Origin: Blastocatellia bacterium | Lineage (GTDB): Bacteria > Acidobacteriota > Blastocatellia > RBC074 | Length of the DNA stretch: 61,258 bases | Reading direction: 5' to 3' | Assembly (NCBI GenBank): GCA_049317725.1 | Contig: JBMOHS010000002.1 | Coordinates: forward strand, 1-61,258 | Shown: in pieces, positions 55,765-61,258 of the stretch | How the letters are laid out: each line of letters starts with the position of its first letter | Numbering within the stretch: position 1 is the stretch's first letter | Program-made: the position numbers and the translations under genes | Notes under the pieces: generated by a model | The model's input: the letters and a program-made list of their open reading frames with translations, nothing else | Databases searched by the model: none | What the model was told of the DNA's origin: nothing

Positions 55765-57081
55765 ATGCGCGACGATCTCTTCTTCACGAACTCTTCCGCT
55801 GGTGGGGGAACACAATTCTCGCCGCCGATTCCGGAATCGATTGAGGAGACCGGTCTCTCTTTCCAATTTCTGGCCGATCTGGCTTTGAAGGTGACTGCAA
55901 CGGAGAGCACGGTGACGACAGGGTTTGTCGCCGATCGACTCTGCCTGCCGACGCAACTGGTCGAGCCACTTCTCCATCACTTGTATCAAGAGAAGTTGCT
56001 GGAGAGTCGTGGCTCTGTCGGGCTGGGGATGAACCGGTACGCGCTCCTGGATCGAGGCTGGGAGCGATTGCGACGGGTAATGGAGATCTCCGGGTACGTC
56101 GGCCCTGCCCCCGTTTCGCTCCAATCCTACAGTGCGCTTCTTCGCTCGCAGGCGCATCCGCAGGATTCGATTGGGCCGGAGCAGGTGGCAAGCGCCTTCT
56201 CGGATCTCGTACTTCCTGAGAGCCTGCTCCAGACGCTTGGACTGGCCATCAACTCCCGGCGCAGCCTCTTCATTTCGGGGGTTCCCGGAACGGGCAAGAC
56301 CTCGGTTGCCGAGCGACTCAATCGTGCGCTCGAAACCCCGATCTGGATTCCCTACGCCATTGCCATTGATGAACACGTCATCAACACCTATGACGCTCAC
56401 AATCACGAGCGGGCGTTCGATGAGGAAGACTTCGAATCCTTCGATCGGCGCTGGGTCCGGATCGCCAGACCCCTCATCATTGTTGGCGGAGAGATGTCGC
56501 TCGAAAGTACGGACCTGATCTACAATCGGGCTTCCCGCTACTATGAGGCACCTTTTCAGATCAAGGCGAATGGCGGAACCCTGGTCATCGACGATTTTGG
56601 CCGGCAGCGGGTCGAGCCGGAAGAGCTGCTCAACCGATGGATCGTGCCTTTGGAGCGCAAGGTCGACTTCCTGACGCTCCACACGGGAAAGAAGATCAGC
56701 GTCCCTTTTGAGCAGTTGGTCGTCTTCTCCACCAATCTGGACCCGGATCGCTTGGTCGACGAGGCGTTTCTGCGCCGGATGGGATACCGGGTCCGCATCG
56801 AACCTCCCTCCGAGTCGACCTACCGCCAAATCTTCGCCCGGTACGCCGACATGGTCGGAATCACCTACAGCCCGGATCTGGTGGATGAGCTGCTTGGACG
56901 GTACGAGCGCGAACAACGCACGCGCAAAGCCTGTGAGCCCCGCGACCTGATCAACCGGTTTCTCGACATCTGCCAGTTCGAAGGAGTCCCGCCGACACTC
57001 GATCGATCGCTGCTCGACTTGGCGTGGCGGAACTATTTCGGCATGGCGCACGGTGGAACGACCGGTCGTCTGCGCAGTTGA
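55765..57081 (+). CDS. Classic-clade AAA+ ATPase with an N-terminal winged-helix-like region
   Basis: Walker A is [16 protein letters not shown] and Walker B is GTLVIDDFG. The sensor-1/Arg region is [30 protein letters not shown] at 55765 lies 9 nt after an AGGAG SD. Confidence 0.75.
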   Translation: MRDDLFFTNSSAGGGTQFSPPIPESIEETGLSFQFLADLALKVTATESTVTTGFVADRLCLPTQLVEPLLHHLYQEKLLESRGSVGLGMNRYALLDRGWERLRRVMEISGYVGPAPVSLQSYSALLRSQAHPQDSIGPEQVASAFSDLVLPESLLQTLGLAINSRRSLFISGVPGTGKTSVAERLNRALETPIWIPYAIAIDEHVINTYDAHNHERAFDEEDFESFDRRWVRIARPLIIVGGEMSLESTDLIYNRASRYYEAPFQIKANGGTLVIDDFGRQRVEPEELLNRWIVPLERKVDFLTLHTGKKISVPFEQLVVFSTNLDPDRLVDEAFLRRMGYRVRIEPPSESTYRQIFARYADMVGITYSPDLVDELLGRYEREQRTRKACEPRDLINRFLDICQFEGVPPTLDRSLLDLAWRNYFGMAHGGTTGRLRS

Positions 57082-57304
57082 TTGGGAGGTGGCGTGGGTT
57101 GCGCTGACCAAGGCCGATTTTTTATACTTCCGTTGGTGTGGCGATTGGAACGGTTGACGAGTCGACCCCCACATGTCCGTCGTCTCTTTCCATTCGAAAG
57201 ATCTTCCCCGCCATCCGAGCACCCCGCCAGCGGCTGGCTCCAATGGTGGCGGACAGGTCCGTTTCTCTCCTGATAGGCGTGCCCCCCGGAAAAGAGGTGT
57301 TTCG

Positions 57305-58588
57305 ATGTCGTCGACAGAAGGAATCTTCGATCGAGGTCGCGTCGGGGGATCGAGCGTGGCTCGATGGTGGCGTGTGGTGGTGTCGGGAATCGTCCTCCTG
57401 GTCGTTGGAGGGGGGGGCTGGTACTGGTGGGAAAGTGGACGGTCGGAGGGTGCGTCCGCGCTCGGAACCACGGAGTGGGTCGAGATTGCTAAACGGACCC
57501 CCCTCGAGGATCGGGCAGCTTGGGTTCGAGTCGGGCGAGGGGTGCTTCAAGCGGAGGCCGTTCAACCGTACACCTCCCCCGTCGAACCGATCCACAATCG
57601 AGGAGAGGCGGCGCGGGTCGAACTTGGCTATCAGCTCTTCTTCGATCCGATTCTCTCGGGTGATCAGACCATGTCGTGTGCCTCGTGCCACCACCCAGCC
57701 TATGGGATGGCCGATGGCCTCTCGCGCGCAGTTGGCCGGGGAGGGCGCGGAATTGGCACGCAGAGAGCCGGAACCGGGAAGGAACTTCTTCGGAATACGC
57801 CCAGTCTGTACAATGTTGCCTTCAACCCGCTCCAGTTTTGGGATGGTCGCGCCGGGTCTCTCGAGGAGCAAGCTCTCATCCCGATCTTTGCGGAAGATGA
57901 GATGCATCTCGGGAGTGTCACCGAGATGCTCCGTCGATTGCGGGCCATTCCGCAGTACCGTGAACTCTTCAAGGCGGCCTTTGGCGTCGATGGACGGGAA
58001 GACGCCAGCGAGATCTCCCTCCCGAATGTCACCCGTGCACTCGCCGCTTTCGAGCGAAAGTTGAACATTACGGATACCTCGTTTGACCGATTCGTCCGCG
58101 GGCGCGACGAATCGCTGACGACCGCGCAACTGCGCGGAATGGCCCTCTTCTTTGGCCAGGGACAGTGCGCAGTTTGCCACATCCCTCCGCACTTTCATGA
58201 TGGTGTCCTGGCCTCGACAGGGGTTCCCGTCTCCCTGGAGAAAGGGGCTCCGCTCGATACCGATCCAGGGTTTGCTGCGGTCATTCGTCGTCGTGATGGG
58301 TTCGGACAGTTCAAGACCCCAGGCCTCCGAAACGTCTCCCAGACCGCCCCGTACATGCACAACGGTCTCTTTCGCACCCTCGAAGAGGTCGTCGAATTCT
58401 ACAATGACGGAGGAGGGCGTGGCCGGGGGATTGAGGTCATCAGCCAGGATTCGAAGGTTGCCAAACTGGACCTCACCGAAGCGCAGCGGCGCGATCTGGT
58501 CGATTTTCTGCGCGCCCTCGATAGTCTAGAATCACCTCCAATCATCCCCTCGCGTGTCCCGAGTGGGCTGCCTGTCGTCGGTCGCTGA
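57305..58588 (+). CDS. Di-haem cytochrome c peroxidase (CCP/MauG family)
   Basis: Two CxxCH motifs are present (SCASCHHP; CAVCHIP), together with [17 protein letters not shown]. Confidence 0.9.
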   Translation: MSSTEGIFDRGRVGGSSVARWWRVVVSGIVLLVVGGGGWYWWESGRSEGASALGTTEWVEIAKRTPLEDRAAWVRVGRGVLQAEAVQPYTSPVEPIHNRGEAARVELGYQLFFDPILSGDQTMSCASCHHPAYGMADGLSRAVGRGGRGIGTQRAGTGKELLRNTPSLYNVAFNPLQFWDGRAGSLEEQALIPIFAEDEMHLGSVTEMLRRLRAIPQYRELFKAAFGVDGREDASEISLPNVTRALAAFERKLNITDTSFDRFVRGRDESLTTAQLRGMALFFGQGQCAVCHIPPHFHDGVLASTGVPVSLEKGAPLDTDPGFAAVIRRRDGFGQFKTPGLRNVSQTAPYMHNGLFRTLEEVVEFYNDGGGRGRGIEVISQDSKVAKLDLTEAQRRDLVDFLRALDSLESPPIIPSRVPSGLPVVGR

Positions 58589-58615
58589 CGTTCCATCTTT
58601 GGTTGAAGAGGGATT

Positions 58616-58629
58616 TGATGCTAGTATCA
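58616..58629. promoter_or_regulatory. Candidate Fur-family operator (imperfect 7-7 palindrome tgatgct/agtatca)
   Basis: 6 of 7 positions are palindromic. The AT-rich site lies 27 nt after the ccp stop and 82 nt upstream of the fur-family ATG. Confidence 0.3.
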
Positions 58630-58710
58630 GGCCGTCGATCTGGGCTTCGGCTGACTTGGCGATTGGCGAACAAGGGAACCTGAGATTTGCATCATCCGCT
58701 GGAACCATCA

Positions 58711-59172
58711 ATGGAAGAGTTTGAACAAGAGAGGGCAATCTTTTTCGAGCATCTACGACGGGCTGGGTACAAGAGGACTGGTCAGCGTGACTTGATCCTC
58801 AGCGTCTTTCTCCAGACCGAGGGCCATCTCAGTGCCGAAGATCTCTACCAGCAGGTCAAATCGAAAGATCCGACGGTCGGTTTCACGACGGTCTATCGAA
58901 CGCTCAAATTGCTGGGGGAGTGTGGTCTGGCGCGTGAGGAACGGTTGGGCGACGGTCGGCGCCGGTACGAGCACCAATTCAATCACCAACATCACGACCA
59001 CTTGATCTGTACCGATTGTGGCGAGTTGATCGAATTCTACAGCGAACTGATCGAGAAGAAACAGGACGAGATTGCGGCGACCTATGGCTTTCAGCCGACC
59101 CATCATAGCCTGCGGATCTTTGGCATTTGCCAAGCCTGTCGGCAGAAACGGGCGGGGGTTCTGACCTCTTGA
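58711..59172 (+). CDS. Fur family transcriptional regulator (Fur/PerR/Zur type not resolved)
   Basis: The sequence contains [16 protein letters not shown]...HLSAEDLY...TVYRTLKLL...[16 protein letters not shown]...CQAC. Confidence 0.88.
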   Translation: MEEFEQERAIFFEHLRRAGYKRTGQRDLILSVFLQTEGHLSAEDLYQQVKSKDPTVGFTTVYRTLKLLGECGLAREERLGDGRRRYEHQFNHQHHDHLICTDCGELIEFYSELIEKKQDEIAATYGFQPTHHSLRIFGICQACRQKRAGVLTS

Positions 59173-59437
59173 CGCATTGGGGGATGACATGTCCACGCGA
59201 CGGCTACAGGCGGAGAGGGACAAGGGCAGCCGACGAGCGGGGTGGCGGCAGTTCCAACGTGCCTGTTGGCAAGGATTCTGGATTTTGCGACAGGTCTGTC
59301 GGGGCTACACGGCTGGTCAGCCACTTGATGATCCGCGCCCCCGGCGAGTTTGCTGCTAGGCGGTACCACCATTCAGATCGCGGCGATACCTTGTCGTGAC
59401 GTTGGCACCGCGAAAGATCTGAGGAGAGATCAGGACG

Positions 59438-60316
59438 ATGGCGACCGATCTGGAGAGGTTGATCGATCGGATCACGGAGACGATCCTCGGGCGCTTGGCG
59501 GCCGCACAGACACCCTGCAGCCCTCACGATCTGGCCTGTGCACTGAATGCCGGAGCTTCCCGGATTGGCCTCCCTTGGGGGGAGGCCGCGGCTGCCGCCG
59601 GTGAGATCGCCTCCTACATCGACCACACGCTGCTGCGGCCCGACGCGACCCGCTCCCAGATCGATCTGCTCTGTCAAGAGGCCCTTACCTTCCAGTTCGC
59701 TTCCGTCTGCGTCAACCCTTGCTGGGTTCGTCACTGCGCGGCGCTCTTGCGAGCCTCCTCCGTCAAAGTCTGCACCGTGATCGGGTTCCCGCTGGGCGCG
59801 ACCTTCCCGGATGTCAAAGCCTACGAAACGCGACGGGCCATTTTTGATGGTGCGGTAGAGATCGACATGGTACTCAACGTCGGGGCGCTCAAGTCTGGAG
59901 AGGAGTCGGCTGTCCGTCGGGACATCGAAGCCGTCGTTGAGGCGGCGCGGGAAGGTTGTGCCCTCGTCAAGGTGATCCTCGAGACGGCCTTGCTCAGTGA
60001 CGACGAGAAGATCCTTGCTTGCCAGCTGGCGCGCGACGCTGGAGCAGATTTCGTCAAGACCTCAACTGGCTTCAGCCAGGGAGGGGCTACCGTTGCGGAC
60101 ATCGAGCTGATGCGCCGAGTGGTCGGCGAGCAGCTCGGTGTCAAGGCCTCAGGGGGAGTTCGCGACCTCGCCGGGGCGCGGGAGATGATCGCCGCCGGGG
60201 CGACTCGCATTGGGGCGAGTGCCGGCGTGCGGATTGTCCAGGAATCGACTCAGGAGGATCGCTCTTCCCAGCAGTCGATCCCGTTGCGCGTTGGCCAGCC
60301 AGCTTCGGGATATTGA
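59438..60316 (+). CDS. deoC: Deoxyribose-phosphate aldolase with an N-terminal extension of about 55 aa
   Basis: The sequence contains [11 protein letters not shown]...SVCVNP...VIGFPLG...VKVILET...DFVKTSTGF...VKASGGVR. Confidence 0.9.
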   Translation: MATDLERLIDRITETILGRLAAAQTPCSPHDLACALNAGASRIGLPWGEAAAAAGEIASYIDHTLLRPDATRSQIDLLCQEALTFQFASVCVNPCWVRHCAALLRASSVKVCTVIGFPLGATFPDVKAYETRRAIFDGAVEIDMVLNVGALKSGEESAVRRDIEAVVEAAREGCALVKVILETALLSDDEKILACQLARDAGADFVKTSTGFSQGGATVADIELMRRVVGEQLGVKASGGVRDLAGAREMIAAGATRIGASAGVRIVQESTQEDRSSQQSIPLRVGQPASGY

Positions 60317-60620
60317 CATCTCAAGCGGTCGGCCCTCGAACCGATGTTCTCACGGTGCCACCGCGTCACGGAGATTGATCCAGACGAGATTGGGACGGTA
60401 CAGCCCTGTTGCACCAGGGCTTGGGGCTTGGCCAACCAGTGGCAAAACGGGAATGGATCAGCAGGGAAGAGCCCATCTCCGTGGCTCTGCGAGAACCGAA
60501 GAAGAGTCAACAAGGACAAACTCGGGCCTGCGTGGGCCCTTCTCCTTTCCAGATCCTGTCCAGTGATGAGAGACGAGCCATCGCACGGCAGGGGGAGAAC
60601 GTATTCTGAAAGACGCTCCA

Positions 60621-61199
60621 TCAGCGCGTCAATTCGCGAAGAAGCCATGTCTTGGCGAAGGTCCATTCCCGTTTCAAGGTGCTGATGGAGATTTCAAGTA
60701 GCTCAGCCGTTTCGGCCTCAGTCAAGCCAACGAAATAGCGCAATTCGACGAGAGTTCCTGCTCTCGGGTAGAGACATTTGAATCGGGTCAGAGCTTCATC
60801 GAGGGCCAGCAACTCTTCCGTGGAGAGGTGCACAGAAGGCAGCAGCTCATGTTGCTCCCCAGACGCCCATTCCTTGTTCCGCTTTTGCGCCCGTTTCCGC
60901 CGTGCGTGATCAATGAGTACCTGCCGCATCTGCGTTGCGGCAATGGCGTAGAAGTGGCTGCGACTCGCCACGTCCAGTGGAGTGCCACTGAAGAGGCGAA
61001 GGTAGACCTCGTTGACCAGCGCCGTTGGTTGCAGGGTATGACCGGTTCGTTCACTACGCAGATAGTGTCGCGCCAACCGGTGCATCTCCCGGTAAACAAG
61101 GGGAATGAGGTCTTCGCGTGCGCGGGTATTGCCCCCACGGGCGGCTACTACAAGGTCAGTGATCTGAAGCTCGGCCGACACTGGTACCTCCCTGGTCAT
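60621..61199 (-). CDS. ECF-type sigma-70 family factor (TIGR02999-like group)
   Basis: The sequence contains ITDLVVAARGGNTRAREDLIPLVYREMHRLARHYLRSERTGHTLQPTALVNEVYLRL plus the C-terminal HTH ETAELLEISISTLKREW. Confidence 0.85.
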   Translation of the reverse strand: MTREVPVSAELQITDLVVAARGGNTRAREDLIPLVYREMHRLARHYLRSERTGHTLQPTALVNEVYLRLFSGTPLDVASRSHFYAIAATQMRQVLIDHARRKRAQKRNKEWASGEQHELLPSVHLSTEELLALDEALTRFKCLYPRAGTLVELRYFVGLTEAETAELLEISISTLKREWTFAKTWLLRELTR

Positions 61200-61258
61200 G
61201 GTTCCTCTCTTCCAGGGAGATGCCTCACGACAACCCTTGGAATGTCCTGGGAACGATC

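Noticed and set aside
60250-60666. 138-aa minus-strand ORF downstream of the ECF sigma factor as its anti-sigma factor.
   Set aside because: It overlaps the sigma gene by 46 nt and deoC by 67 nt. It has no HxxxCxxC or transmembrane signature and weak GC3 bias. The evidence is insufficient to annotate it.

Overview
High-GC (about 60%) bacterial chromosomal window. The gene content (TIGR02999-type ECF sigma factor, a roughly 1070-aa BNR/sortilin-like protein, a Tad locus) suggests an Acidobacteriota-like lineage, but that is inference only. I support about 53 protein-coding genes. I recognised no rRNA, tRNA, CRISPR array, transposase or prophage gene. Positions 1-38.6 kb are mostly housekeeping or metabolic: terC, usp, nfu, a GGDEF protein, rpmB, gmd-fcl, cobB, moaA, thiC, a penicillin-acylase-family protein, clpS-clpA, icd, queF, ribE-ribBA, cmk, ltaE, hemW. 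Positions 38.6-55.5 kb hold a complete Tad/Flp (type IVc) pilus locus: two tandem flp pilins, cpaA, two tadE-like genes, cpaB, cpaC, tadG-like, cpaE, cpaF, tadB, tadC and a tadD-like TPR gene. I did not find a convincing wholly new multi-gene system such as a defence island. The items most worth a second look are listed here. (1) A translationally coupled accessory module at the 3' end of the Tad locus: an ORF missing from the track (<60 aa), a DUF192 gene, a polytopic GT-C-like membrane protein and the TadD-like TPR gene. A second GT-C-like (YfhO/PTPS-related) gene sits divergently next to the pilins. (2) The tandem duplication of a whole flp cassette, including about 270 nt of conserved upstream leader. 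(3) A roughly 85-nt intergenic repeat family with two copies, one inside the Tad operon. (4) An inverted array of ATAGGA/TCCTAT hexamers. (5) A DUF4350/DUF4129/membrane trio lacking its usual MoxR/DUF58 partners. Many long ORFs in the supplied track are antisense shadow ORFs typical of high-GC DNA, and I rejected them. Start codons were chosen by eye from SD spacing, N-terminal homology and overlaps, and several are uncertain.
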